This document shows, piece by piece, positions 1-12,237 of a stretch of DNA of 64,000 nt. The DNA is from Eledone cirrhosa (taxonomy: Eukaryota). The position numbers were made by a program, and so were the translations under genes. The first letter of the stretch is position 1; each line of letters starts with the position of its first letter. The notes under the pieces were generated by a model that worked only from the letters and a program-made list of their open reading frames with translations, was not told the origin of the DNA and searched no databases. Location of the stretch: NCBI GenBank assembly GCA_964016885.1, contig OZ024742.1, positions 165,106,001 through 165,170,000 on the forward strand, read 5' to 3'.

Positions 1-35
1 GACGGCTGGAAATTATCTCCCCTTGATTTTTTTAC

Positions 36-62
36 AAATTATCTCCCCCTGATTTTTTTTAC
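36..62 (+). repeat. Representative type B monomer, 27 bp: AAATTATCTCCCCCTGATTTTTTTTAC (T tract mostly 7-10 nt)
   Basis: Read directly. 8/27 GC. Occurs in runs of about 1-15 copies, e.g. ~1955-2370. Confidence 0.98.
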
Positions 63-182
63 AAATTATCTCCCCCTGATTTTTTTTTACAAATTATCTC
101 CCCCTGATTTTTTTACAAATTATCTCCCCCTGATTTTTTTTACAAATTATCTCCGCCTGATTTTTTTAAATATTATCTTCCC

Positions 183-257
183 TTGGCTGGCGGGAAATTA
201 TCTCCCCTTGGACGGCTGAAAATTATCTCCCCTTGGACGGCTGGAAATTATCTCCCC
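183..257 (+). repeat. Example of 3-monomer A cassette (K3): GCTGGCGGG / ACGGCTGA / ACGGCTGG
   Basis: 75 bp, preceded by the special B unit CCGCCT(G/A)ATTTTTTTAAATATTATCTT. Recurs at 781, 1888, 4316, 9287, 11445, 13312, 16114, 32365, 63473 and elsewhere. Confidence 0.92.
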
Positions 258-421
258 TTGATTTTTTTTACAAATTATCTCCCCCTGATTTTTTTTTACA
301 AATTATCTCCCCCTGATTTTTTTTTACAAATTATCTCCCCCTGATTTTTTTTTACAAATTATCTGCCCCTGATTTTTTTTACAAATTATCTCCCCCTGAT
401 TTTTTTACAAATTATCTCCCC

Positions 422-645
422 TTGGCTGGCTGGAAATTATCTCCCCTTGGAGGCTGGAATTTATCTCCCCTTGGACGGCTAGAAATTACCTCTCCTTGGA
501 CGGCTGGAAAATATTTCTCCTTGGACGGCTGGATATTATCTACCCTTGTACGGGTGGAAATTATCTCCCCTTGGACGGCTGGAAATTATCTCCCCTTGGA
601 CGGCTAGATATTACCTCCCCTTGGACGACTGGAAATTATCTCCCC
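422..645 (+). repeat. Example of 9-monomer A cassette (K9, 224 bp) opening GCTGGCTGG / GAGGCTGGAATTT
   Basis: Fixed variant order: GCTGGCTGG, 24-bp GAGG unit, GCTAGAAATTACC, GAAAATAT(G/T)TC, GATATTATCTACCC or plain, ..., GCTAGATATTACC. Together with K10 it is marked by the recurring 61-aa 'MAGWKLSPLGGWNL' ORF across the window. Confidence 0.93.
558..582 (+). repeat. Representative type A monomer, 25 bp: AAATTATCTCCCCTTGGACGGCTGG
   Basis: Read directly. 13/25 GC, one CpG, contains CCTTGG (StyI site CCWWGG). No stop codon in any + frame when repeated in tandem. Confidence 0.98.
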
Positions 646-3197
646 TTGATTTTTTTTACAAATTATCTCCCCCTGATTTTTTTTTTACAAATTATCTCCC
701 CCTGATTTTTTTACAAATTATCTCCCCCTGATTTTTTTTACAAATTATCTCCGCCTGATTTTTTAAAATATTATCTTCTCTTGGCTGGCGGGAAATTATC
801 TCCCCTTGGACGGCTGAAAATTATCTCCCCTTGGACGGCTGGAAATTATCTCCCCTTGATTTTTTTTACAAATTTTCTCCCCCTGATTTTTTTTTACAAA
901 TTATCTCCCCCTGATTTTTTTTTACAAATTATCTCCCCCTGATTTTTTTTTACAAATTATCTCCCCCTGATTTTTTTTACAAATTATCTCCCCCTGATTT
1001 TTTTTACAAATTATCTCCCCTTGGCTGGCTGGAAATTATCTCCCCTTGGACACTGTAAATTATAGCCCCTTGGAGGGCTGGAAATTATCTTACCTTGGAC
1101 GGCTGGAAATTATCTCTGCTTGATTTTTTTTACAAATTATCTCCCCCTGATTTTTTTTTACAAATTATCCCCCCCGATTTTTTTTACAAATTATCTCCCC
1201 CTGATTTTTTTTACAAATTATCTCCCCTTGGACGGCTGGAAATTATCTCCCCTTGGACGGCTGGAAATTATCTCTCCTTGGACGGCTAGAAATTACCTCT
1301 CCTTGGACGACTGAAAATTATCTCCCCTTGGACGGCTGCAAATTATCTCCCCTTGATTTCTTTTACAAATTATCTCCGCCTGATTTTTTTTTTTAAATTA
1401 TCTCCCCTTGGACGGCTGGAAATTACCTCCCCTTGGACGGCTGGAAATTATCTCCCCTTGGACGGCTAGAAATTACCTCTCATTGGACGGCTGAAAATTA
1501 TCTCCCCTTGGACGGCTGGAAATTATCTCCCCTTGATTTTTTTTACAAATTATCTCCCCCTGATTTTTTTTTTACAAATTATCTCCGCCTGATTTTTTTT
1601 TAAAATTATCTCTCCTTGGACGGCTGGATATTATCTCCCCTTTCATTTTTTTTACAAATTATCTCCCCCTGATTTTTTTTTACAAATTATCTCCCCCTGA
1701 TTTTTTTTTACAAATTATCTACCCCTAATTTTTTTTTACAAATTATCTCCCCCTGATTTTTTTTACAAATTATCTCCCCCTGATTTTTTTTTTACAAATT
1801 ATCTCCCCCTGATTTTTTTACAAATTATCTCCCCCTGATTTTTTTTACAAATTATCTCCGCCTGATTTTTTTAAATATTATCTTCTCTTGGCTGGCGGGA
1901 AATTATCTCCCCTTGGACGGCTGAAAATTATCTCCCCTTGGACGGCTGGAAATTATCTCCCCTTGATTTTTTTTACAAATTATCTCCCCCTGATTTTTTT
2001 TTACAAATTATCTCCCCCTGATTTTTTTTACAAATTATCTCCCCCTGATTTTTTTTTACAAATTATCTCCCCCTGATTTTTTTTTACAAATTATCTACCC
2101 CTGATTTTTTTTTACAAATTATCTCCCCCTGATTTTTTTTACAAATTATCTCTCCCTGATTTTTTTTTACAAATTATCTCCCCATGATTTTTTTTTACAA
2201 ATTATCTACCCCTGATTTTTTTTTTACAAATTATCTCCCCCTGATTTTTTTTACAAATTATTTCCCCCTGATTTTTTTTACAAATTATCTCCCCCTGATT
2301 TTTTTACAAATTATCTCCCCCCGATTTTTTTTACAAATTATCTCCGCCTAATTTTTTTAAATATTATCTTCCCTTGGCTGGCGGGAAATTATCTCCCCTT
2401 GGACGGCTGAAAATTATCTCCCCTTGGACGGCTGGAAATTATCTCCCCTTGATTTTTTTACAAATTATCTCCCCTTGATTATTTTTTACAAATTATCTCC
2501 CCCTGATTTTTTTTTACAAATTATCTCCCTCTGATTTTTTTTACAAATTATCTCCCCTTGGCTGGCTGGAAATTATCTCCCCTTGGAGGCTGGAATTTAT
2601 CTCCCCTTGGACGGTTAGAAATTACCTCTCCTTGGACTGCTGGAAAATATGTCTCCTTGGACGGCTGGAAATTATCTCCCCTGGGACGGCTGGAAATTAT
2701 CTCCCCTTGGACGGCTGGAAATTATCTCTCCTCGGACGACTAGAAATTACCTCTCCTTGGACAGCTGAAAATTATCTCCCCCTGATATTTTTTACAAATT
2801 ATCTCCCCCTGATTTTTTTACAAATTATCTCCCCTTGGCTGGCTGGAAATTATCTACCCTTGGAGGCTGGAATTTATCTCCCCTTGGACGGCTAGAAATT
2901 ACCTCGCCTTGGACGGCTGGAAAATATGTCTCCTTGGACGGCTGGAAATTATCTCCCCTTGGACGGCTGGAAATTATCTCCCCTTGGACGGCTGGAAATT
3001 ATCTCCCCTTGGACGGCTAGATATTACCTCCCCTTGGACGGCTGGAAATTATCTCCCCTTGATTTTTTTTACAAATTATCTCCCCCTGATTTTTTTTTAC
3101 AAATTATCTCCCCCTGATTTTTTTTTACGAAGTATCTCCCCCTGATTTTTTTTTACAAATTATCTCCGCCTGATTTTTTTTTAAAAATTATCTCCCC

Positions 3198-3322
3198 TTG
3201 AACGGCTGGAAATTATCTCCCCTTGGACGGCTGGAAATTATCTCCCCTTGGACGGCTAGAAATTACCTCTCCTTGGACGGCTGAAAATTATCTCCCATTG
3301 GACGGCTGCAAATTATCTCCCC
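3198..3322 (+). repeat. Example of 5-monomer A cassette (K5): TGAACGG ... GCTAG / GCTGA / GCTGC
   Basis: 125 bp, opens with TTGAACGGCTGG, closes with GGCTGCAAA followed by GATTTTTTAAC. Recurs near 4831, 6822, 22403, 28609, 31222, 33679, 36906, 38410, 40892, 43366 and elsewhere. Confidence 0.92.
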
Positions 3323-6046
3323 TTGATTTTTTAACAAATTATCTCCCCCTGATTTTTTTTTACAAATTATCTCCCCCTGATTTTTTTTTACAAATTATCT
3401 ACGCCTAATTTTTTTTACAAATTATCTCCCCCTGATTTTTTTTTACAAATTATCTCCCCCTGATTTTTTTTACAAATTATCTCCCCCTGATTTTTTTTTA
3501 CAAATTATTTCCCCCTGATTTTTTTACAAATTATCTCCCCCCTGATTTTTTTTACAATCTCCGCCTGATTTTTTTAAAAATTATCTTCCCTTGGCTGGCG
3601 GGAAATTATCTCCCCTTGGACGGCTGGAAATTATATCCCCTTGGAAGGATGGAAATTATCTCCCCTTGGACGGCTGGAAATTATCTCCCCTTGGACGGCT
3701 GGAAATTATCTCCCCTTGGACAGCTGGAAATTATCTGTCCTTGATTTTGTTTTTACAAATTATCTCCCCCTGATTTTTTTTACAAATTATCTCCACCTGA
3801 TTTTTTAAAAAATTATCTCCCCTTGGACGGCTGGAAATTATCTCCCCTTGATTTTTTTTACAAATTATCTCCCCCTGATTTTTTTTTACAAATTATCTCC
3901 CCCTGATTTTTTTTTACAAATTATCTCCCCCTGATTTTTTTTTACAAATTATCTCACCCTGATTTTTTTTACAAATTATCTCTCCCTGATTTTTTTACAA
4001 ATTATCTCCCCTTGGCTGGCTGGAAATTATCTCCCCTTGGAGGCTGGAATTTATCTCCCCTTGGACGGCTAGAAATTACCTCTCCTTGGACGGCTGGAAA
4101 ATATGTCTCCTTGGACGGCTGGATATTATCTACCCGTGGACGGCTGGAAATTATCTCCTCTTGGACGGCTAGATATTACCTCCCCTTGGACGGCTGGAAA
4201 TTATCTCCCCTTGATTTTTTTACAAATTATCTCCCCCTGATTTTTTTACAAATTATCTCCCCCTGATTTTTTTTACAAATTATCTCCGCCTAATTTTTTT
4301 AAATATTATCTTCCCTTGGCTGGCGGGAAATTATCTCCCCTTGGACGGCTGAAAATTATCTCCCCTTGGACGGCTGGAAATTATCTCCCCTTGATTTTTT
4401 TTACAAATTATCTCCCCCTGATTTTTTTTTACAAATTATCTCCCCCTGATTTTTTTTACAAATTATCTCCCCCTGATTTTTTTACAAATTATCTCCCCTT
4501 GGCTGGCTGGAAATTATCTCCCCTTGGTGGCTGGAATTTATCTCCCCTTGGACGGCTAGAAATTACCTCTCCTTGGAAGGCTGGAAAATATGTCCTTGGA
4601 CGGCTGGATATTATCTACCCTTGGACGGCTGGAAATTATCTCCCCTTGGACGGCTGGAAATTATCTCCCCTTGGACGGCTAGATATTACCTCCCATTGGA
4701 CGGCTGGAAATTATCTCCCCTTGATTTTTTTTACAAACTATCTCCCCCTGATTTTTTTTTACGAATTATCTCCCCCTGATTTTTTTTTACAAATTATCTC
4801 CGCCTGATTTTTTTTTTAAATTATCTCCCCTTGAACGGCTGGAAATTATCTCCCCTTGGACGGCTGGAAATTATCTCCCCTTGGACGGCTAGAAATTACC
4901 TCTCCTTGGACGGCTGAAAATTATCTCCCCTTGGACGGCTGCAAATTATCTCCCCTTGATTTTTTTAACAAATTATCTCCCCCTGATTTTTTTTTACAAA
5001 TTATCTCCCCCTGATTTTTTTTTACAAATTATCTACGCCTAATTTTTTTTTACAAATTATCTCCCCCTGATTTTTTTTTACAAATTATCTCCCCCTGATT
5101 TTTTTTACAAATTATCTCCCCCTGATTTTTTTTACAAATTATCTCCCCCTGATTTTTTTACAAATTATCTCCCCCCTGATTTTTTTTACAATCTCCGCCT
5201 GATTTTTTTAAAAATTATCTTCCCTTGGCTGGCGGGAAATTATCTCCCCTTGGACGGCTGGAAATTATATCCCCTTGGAAGGATGGAAATTATCTCCCCT
5301 TGGACGGCTGGAAATTATCTCCCCTTGGACGGCTGGAAATTACCTCCCCTTGGACAGCTGGAAATTATCTGCCCTTGATTTTGTTTTTACAAATTATCTC
5401 CCCCTGATTTTTTTTACAAATTATCTCCACCTGATTTTTTAAAAAATTATCTCCTCTTGGACGGCTGGAAATTATCTCCCCTTGGACGGCTGGAAATTAT
5501 CTCCCCTTGATTTTTTTTACAAATTATCTCCCCCTGATTTTTTTTTACAAATTATCTCCCCCTGATTTTTTTTTACAAATTATCTACCCCTGATTTTTTT
5601 TTACAAATTATCTCCCCCTGATTTTTTTTTACAAATTATCTCTCCCTGATTTTTTTTTACAAATTATCTCCCCCTGATTTTTTTTTACAAATTATCTACC
5701 CCTGATTTTTTTTTACAAATTATCTCCCCCTGATTTTTTTTACAAATTATCTCCCCCTGATTTTTTTTACAAATTATCTCCCCCTGATTTTTTTACAAAT
5801 TATCTCCCCCCGATTTTTTTTACAAATTATCTCCGCCTAATTTTTTTAAATATTATCTTCCCTTGGCTGGCGGGAAATTATCTCCCCTTGGACGGCTGAA
5901 AATTATCTCCCCTTGGACGGCTGGAAATTATCTCCCCTTGATTTTTTTACAAATTATCTCCCCCTGATTATTTTTTACAAATTATCTCCCCCTGATTTTT
6001 TTTTACAAATTATCTCCCTCTGATTTTTTTTACAAATTATCTCCCC

Positions 6047-6295
6047 TTGGCTGGCTGGAAATTATCTCCCCTTGGAGGCTGGAATTTATCTCCACTTGGA
6101 CGGTTAGAAATTACCTCTCCTTGGACTGCTGGAAAATATGTCTCCTTGGACGGCTGGAAATTATCTCCCCTTGGACGGCTGGAAATTATCTCCCCTTGGA
6201 CGGCTGGAAATTATCTCTCCTCGGACGACTAGAAATTACCTCTCCTTGGACAGCTGAAAATTATCTCCCCTTGGACGGCTGGAAATTATCTCCCC
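6047..6295 (+). repeat. Example of 10-monomer A cassette (K10, 249 bp) with GGTTAG, CTC(C/A)TCGG and GACAGCTGA variants
   Basis: Same opener as K9 but distinct diagnostic variants. Recurs at 9957, 17031, 19970, 27837, 32903, 37636, 40116, 45047, 49043, 54557, 57038, 61187. Confidence 0.9.
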
Positions 6296-9200
6296 TTGAT
6301 TTTTTTTACAAATTATCTCCCCCCGATTTTTTTTTACAAATTATCTCCCCCTGATTTTTTTTTACAAATTATCTCCCCCTGATTTTTTTTACAAATTATC
6401 TCCCCCTGATATTTTTTACAAATTATCTCCCCCTGATTTTTTTACAAATTATCTCCCCTTGGCTGGCTGGAAATTATCTCCCCTTGGAGGCTGGAATTTA
6501 TCTCCCCTTGGACGGCTAGAAATTACCTCGCCTTGGACGGCTGGAAAATATGTCTCCTTGGACGGCTGGAAATTATCTCCCCTTGGACGGCTGGAAATTA
6601 TCTCCCCTTGGACGGCTGGAAATTATCTCCCCTTGGACGGCTAGATATTACCTCCCCTTGGACGGCTGGAAATTATCTCCCCTTGATTTTTTTTACAAAT
6701 TACCTCCCCCTGATTTTTTTTTACAAATTATCTCCCCCTGATTTTATTTTACGAATTATCTCCCCCTGATTTTTTTTTACAAATTATCTCCGCCTGATTT
6801 TTTTTTTAAAATTATCTCCCCTTGAACGGCTGGAAATTATCTCCCCTTGGACGGCTGGAAATTATCTCCCCTTGGACGGCTAGAAATTACCTCTCCTTGG
6901 ACGGCTGAAAATTATCTCCCCTTGGACGGCTGCAAATTATCTCCCCTTGATTTTTTAACAAATTATCTCCCCCTGATTTTTTTTTACAAATTATCTCCCC
7001 CTGATTTTTTTTTACAAATTATCTACGCCTAATTTTTTTTACAAATTATCTCCCCCTGATTTTTTTTTACAAATTATCTCCCCCTGATTTTTTTTACAAA
7101 TTATCTCCCCCTGATTTTTTTTTACAAATTATTTCCCCCTGATTTTTTTACAAATTATCTCCCCCCTGATTTTTTTTACAATCTCCGCCTGATTTTTTTA
7201 AAAATTATCTTGCCTTGGCTGGCGGGAAATTATCTCCCCTTGGACGGCTGGAAATTATATCCCCTTGGACGGCTGGAAATTACCTCCCCTTGGACAGCTG
7301 GAAATTATCTGCCCTTGATTTTGTTTTTACAAATTATCTCCCCCTGATTTTTTTTACAAATTATCTCCACCTGATTTTTTAAAAAATTATCTCCCCTTGG
7401 ACGGCTGGAAATTATCTCCCCTTGATTTTTTTACAAATTATCTCCCCCTGATTTTTTTTACAAATTATCTCCCCCTGATTTTTTTTTACAAATTATCTCC
7501 CCCTGATTTTTTTACAAATTATCTCCCCCTGATTTTTTTTACAAATTATCTCCGCCTGATTTTTTTAAATATTATCTTCCCTTGGCTGGCGGGAAATTAT
7601 CTCCCCTTGGACGGCTGAAAATTATCTCCCCTTGGACGGCTGGAAATTATCTCCCCTTGATTTTTTTTACAAATTATCTCCCCCTGATTTTTTTTTACAA
7701 ATTATCTCCCCCTGATTTTTTTTTACAAATTATCTCCCCCTGATTTTTTTTTACAAATTATCTGCCCCTGATTTTTTTTACAAATTATCTCCCCCTGATT
7801 TTTTTACAAATTATCTCCCCTTGGCTGGCTGGAAATTATCTCCCCTTGGAGGCTGGAATTTATCTCCCCTTGGACGGCTAGAAATTACCTCTCCTTGGAC
7901 GGCTGGAAAATATTTCTCCTTGGACGGCTGGATATTATCTACCCTTGTACGGGTGGAAATTATCTCCCCTTGGACGGCTGGAAATTATCTCCCCTTGGAC
8001 GGCTAGATATTACCTCCCCTTGGACGACTGGAAATTATCTCCCCTTGATTTTTTTTACAAATTATCTCCCCCTGATTTTTTTTTTACAAATTATCTCCCC
8101 CTGATTTTTTTACAAATTATCTCCCCCTGATTTTTTTTACAAATTATCTCCGCCTGATTTTTTAAAATATTATCTTCTCTTGGCTGGCGGGAAATTATCT
8201 CCCCTTGGACGGCTGAAAATTATCTCCCCTTGGACGGCTGGAAATTATGTCCCCTTGATTTTTTTTACAAATTTTCTCCCCCTGATTTTTTTTTACAAAT
8301 TATCTCCCCCTGATTTTTTTTTACAAATTATCTCCCCCTGATTTTTTTTTACAAATTATCTCCCCCTGATTTTTTTTACAAATTATCTCCCCCTGATTTT
8401 TTTTACAAATTATCTCCCCTTGGCTGGCTGGAAATTATCTCCCCTTGGACACTGTAAATTATAGCCCCTTGGAGGGCTGGAAATTATCTTACCTTGGACG
8501 GCTGGAAATTATCTCTGCTTGATTTTTTTTACAAATTATCTCCCCCTGATTTTTTTTTACAAATTATCCCCCCCGATTTTTTTTACAAATTATCTCCCCC
8601 TGATTTTTTTTACAAATTATCTCCCCTTGGACGGCTGGAAATTATCTCCCCTTGGACGGCTGGAAATTATCTCTCCTTGGACGGCTAGAAATTACCTCTC
8701 CTTGGACGACTGAAAATTATCTCCCCTTGGACGGCTGCAAATTATCTCCCCTTGATTTCTTTTACAAATTATCTCCGCCTGATTTTTTTTTTTAAATTAT
8801 CTCCCCTTGGACGGCTGGAAATTACCTCCCCTTGGACGGCTGGAAATTATCTCCCCTTGGACGGCTAGAAATTACCTCTCATTGGACGGCTGAAAATTAT
8901 CTCCCCTTGGACGGCTGGAAATTATCTCCCCTTGATTTTTTTTACAAATTATCTCCCCCTGATTTTTTTTTTACAAATTATCTCCGCCTGATTTTTTTTT
9001 AAAATTATCTCTCCTTGGACGGCTGGATATTATCTCCCCTTTCATTTTTTTTACAAATTATCTCCCCCTGATTTTTTTTTACAAATTATCTCCCCCTGAT
9101 TTTTTTTTACAAATTATCTACCCCTAATTTTTTTTTACAAATTATCTCCCCCTGATTTTTTTTACAAATTATCTCCCCCTGATTTTTTTTTTACAAATTA

Positions 9201-12200
9201 TCTCCCCCTGATTTTTTTACAAATTATCTCCCCCTGATTTTTTTTACAAATTATCTCCGCCTGATTTTTTTAAATATTATCTTCTCTTGGCTGGCGGGAA
9301 ATTATCTCCCCTTGGACGGCTGAAAATTATCTCCCCTTGGACGGCTGGAAATTATCTCCCCTTGATTTTTTTTACAAATTATCTCCCCCTGATTTTTTTT
9401 TACAAATTATCTCCCCCTGATTTTTTTTACAAATTATCTCCCCCTGATTTTTTTTTACAAATTATCTCCCCCTGATTTTTTTTTACAAATTATCTACCCC
9501 TGATTTTTTTTTACAAATTATCTCCCCCTGATTTTTTTTACAAATTATCTCTCCCTGATTTTTTTTTACAAATTATCTCCCCATGATTTTTTTTTACAAA
9601 TTATCTACCCCTGATTTTTTTTTTACAAATTATCTCCCCCTGATTTTTTTTACAAATTATTTCCCCCTGATTTTTTTTACAAATTATCTCCCCCTGATTT
9701 TTTTACAAATTATCTCCCCCCGATTTTTTTTACAAATTATCTCCGCCTAATTTTTTTAAATATTATCTTCCCTTGGCTGGCGGGAAATTATCTCCCCTTG
9801 GACGGCTGAAAATTATCTCCCCTTGGACGGCTGGAAATTATCTCCCCTTGATTTTTTTACAAATTATCTCCCCTTGATTATTTTTTACAAATTATCTCCC
9901 CCTGATTTTTTTTTACAAATTATCTCCCTCTGATTTTTTTTACAAATTATCTCCCCTTGGCTGGCTGGAAATTATCTCCCCTTGGAGGCTGGAATTTATC
10001 TCCCCTTGGACGGTTAGAAATTACCTCTCCTTGGACTGCTGGAAAATATGTCTCCTTGGACGGCTGGAAATTATCTCCCCTGGGACGGCTGGAAATTATC
10101 TCCCCTTGGACGGCTGGAAATTATCTCTCCTCGGACGACTAGAAATTACCTCTCCTTGGACAGCTGAAAATTATCTCCCCTTGGACGGCTGGAAATTATC
10201 TCCCCTTGATTTTTTTTACAAATTATCTCCCTCTGATTTTTTTTTACAAATTATCTCCCCCTGATTTTATTTTACAAATTATCTCCCCCTGATTTTTTTT
10301 ACAAATTATCTGCCCCTGATATTTTTTACAAATTATCTCCCCCTGATTTTTTTTACAAATTATCTCCCCTTGGCTGGCTGGAAATTATCTCCCCTTGGAG
10401 GCTGGAATTTATCTCCCCTTGGACGGCTAGAAATTACCTCGCCTTGGACGGCTGGAAAATATGTCTCCTTGGACGGCTGGAAATTATCTCCCCTTGGACG
10501 GCTGGAAATTATCTCCCCTTGGACGGCTAGATATTACCTCCCCTTGGACGGCTGGAAATTATCTCCCCTTGATTTTTTTTACAAATTATCTCCCCCTGAT
10601 TTTTTTTTACAAATTATCTCCCCCTGATTTTTTTTACAAATTATCTCCCCCTGATTTTTTTACAAATTATCTCCCCCCGATTTTTTTTACAAATTATATC
10701 CGCCTAATTTTTTTAAATATTATCTTCCCTTGGCTGGCGGGAAATTATCTCCCCTTGGACGGCTGAAAATTATCTCCCCTTGGACGGCTGGAAATTATCT
10801 CCCCTTGATTTTTTTACAAATTATCTCCCCCTGATTTTTTTTACAAATTATCTCCCCCTGATATTTTTTACAAATTATCTCCCCTTGGCTGGCTGGAAAT
10901 TATCTCCCCTTGGAGGCTGGAATTTATCTCCCCTTGGACGGCTAGAAATTACCTCCCCTTGGACGGCTGGAAATTATCTCCCCTTGGACGGCTAGATATT
11001 ACCTCCCCTTGGACGGCTGGAAATTATCTCCCCTTGATTTTTTTTACAATTTATCTCCCCCTGATTTTTTTTTACAAATTATCTCCCCCTGATTTTTTTT
11101 ACAAATTATCTCCCCCTGATTTTTTTACAAATTATCTCCCCTTGGCTGGCTGGAAATTATCTCCCCTTGGAGGCTGGAATTTATCTCCCCTTGGACGGCT
11201 AGAAATTACCTCTCCTTGGACGGCTGGAAAATATGTCTCCTTGGACGGCTGGATATTATCTACCCTTGGACGGCTGGAAATTATCTCCCCTTGGACGGCT
11301 GGAAATTATCTCCCCTTGGACGGCTAGATATTACCTCCCCTTGGACGGCTGGAAATTATCTCCCCTTGATTTTTTTACAAATTATCTCCCCCTGATTTTT
11401 TTTACAAATTATCTCCGCCTAATTTTTTTAAATATTATCTTCCCTTGGCTGGCGGGAAATTATCTCCCCTTGGACGGCTGAAAATTATCTCCCCTTGGAC
11501 GGCTGGAAATTATCTCCCCTTGATTTTTTTTACAAATTATCTCCCCCTGATTTTTTTTTACAAATTATCTCCCCCTGATTTTTTTTACAAATTATCTCCC
11601 CCTGATTTTTTTACAAATTATCTCCCCTTGGCTGGCTGGAAATTATCTCCCCTTGGAGGCTGGAATTTATCTCCCCTTGGTCGGCTAGAAATTACCTCTC
11701 CTTGGACGGCTGGAAAATATGTCCTTGGACGGCTGGATATTATCTACCCTTGGACGGCTGGAAATAATCTCCCCTTGGACGGCTGGAAATTATCTCCCCT
11801 TGGACGGCTAGATATTACCTCCCCTTGGACGGCTGGAAATTATCTCCCCTTGATTTTTTTTACAATTTATCTCCCCCTGATTTTTTTTTACAAATTATCT
11901 CCCCCTGATTTTTTTTTACGAATTATCTCCCCCTGATTTTTTTTTACAAATTATCTCCGCCTGATTTTTTTTTAAAAATTATCTCCCCTTGAACGGCTGG
12001 AAATTATCTCCCCTTGGACGGCTGGAAATTATCTCCCCTTGGACGGCTAGAAATTACCTCTCCTTGGACGGCTGAAAATTATCTCCCCTTGGACGGCTGG
12101 AAATTATCTCCCCTTGATTTTTTAACAAATTATCTCCCCCTGATTTTTTTTTACAAATTATCTCCCCCTGATTTTTTTTTACAAATTATCTCCCCCTGAT

Positions 12201-12237
12201 TTTTTTTACAAATTATCTCCCCCTGATTTTTTTTTAC

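Larger units (their letters stand above)
1..10179 (+). repeat. Direct duplication, offset 7,399 bp: 1-~2780 repeated at 7400-~10179
   Basis: ORF starts 422/496/546/1095/1120/1888/2558/2632 recur at 7821/7895/7945/8494/8519/9287/9957/10031. Rare variants (TTGTACGGGTGG, GACACTGTAAATTATAGCCCC, CCCATGA) are shared. One difference seen: C850 vs G8249. Confidence 0.93.

Noticed and set aside
36-140. Poly-T runs as intrinsic terminators or retroelement poly(A) tails
   Set aside because: No GC-rich hairpin precedes them, and there is no gene, element body or target-site duplication. They are an integral part of monomer B.
558-582. Telomerase-made long telomeric repeat, like the 25-bp budding-yeast units
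   Set aside because: Two monomer types, fixed variant cassettes and multi-kb duplications over 64 kb do not fit copying from a single RNA template, and I recognise no match to known telomere repeats.
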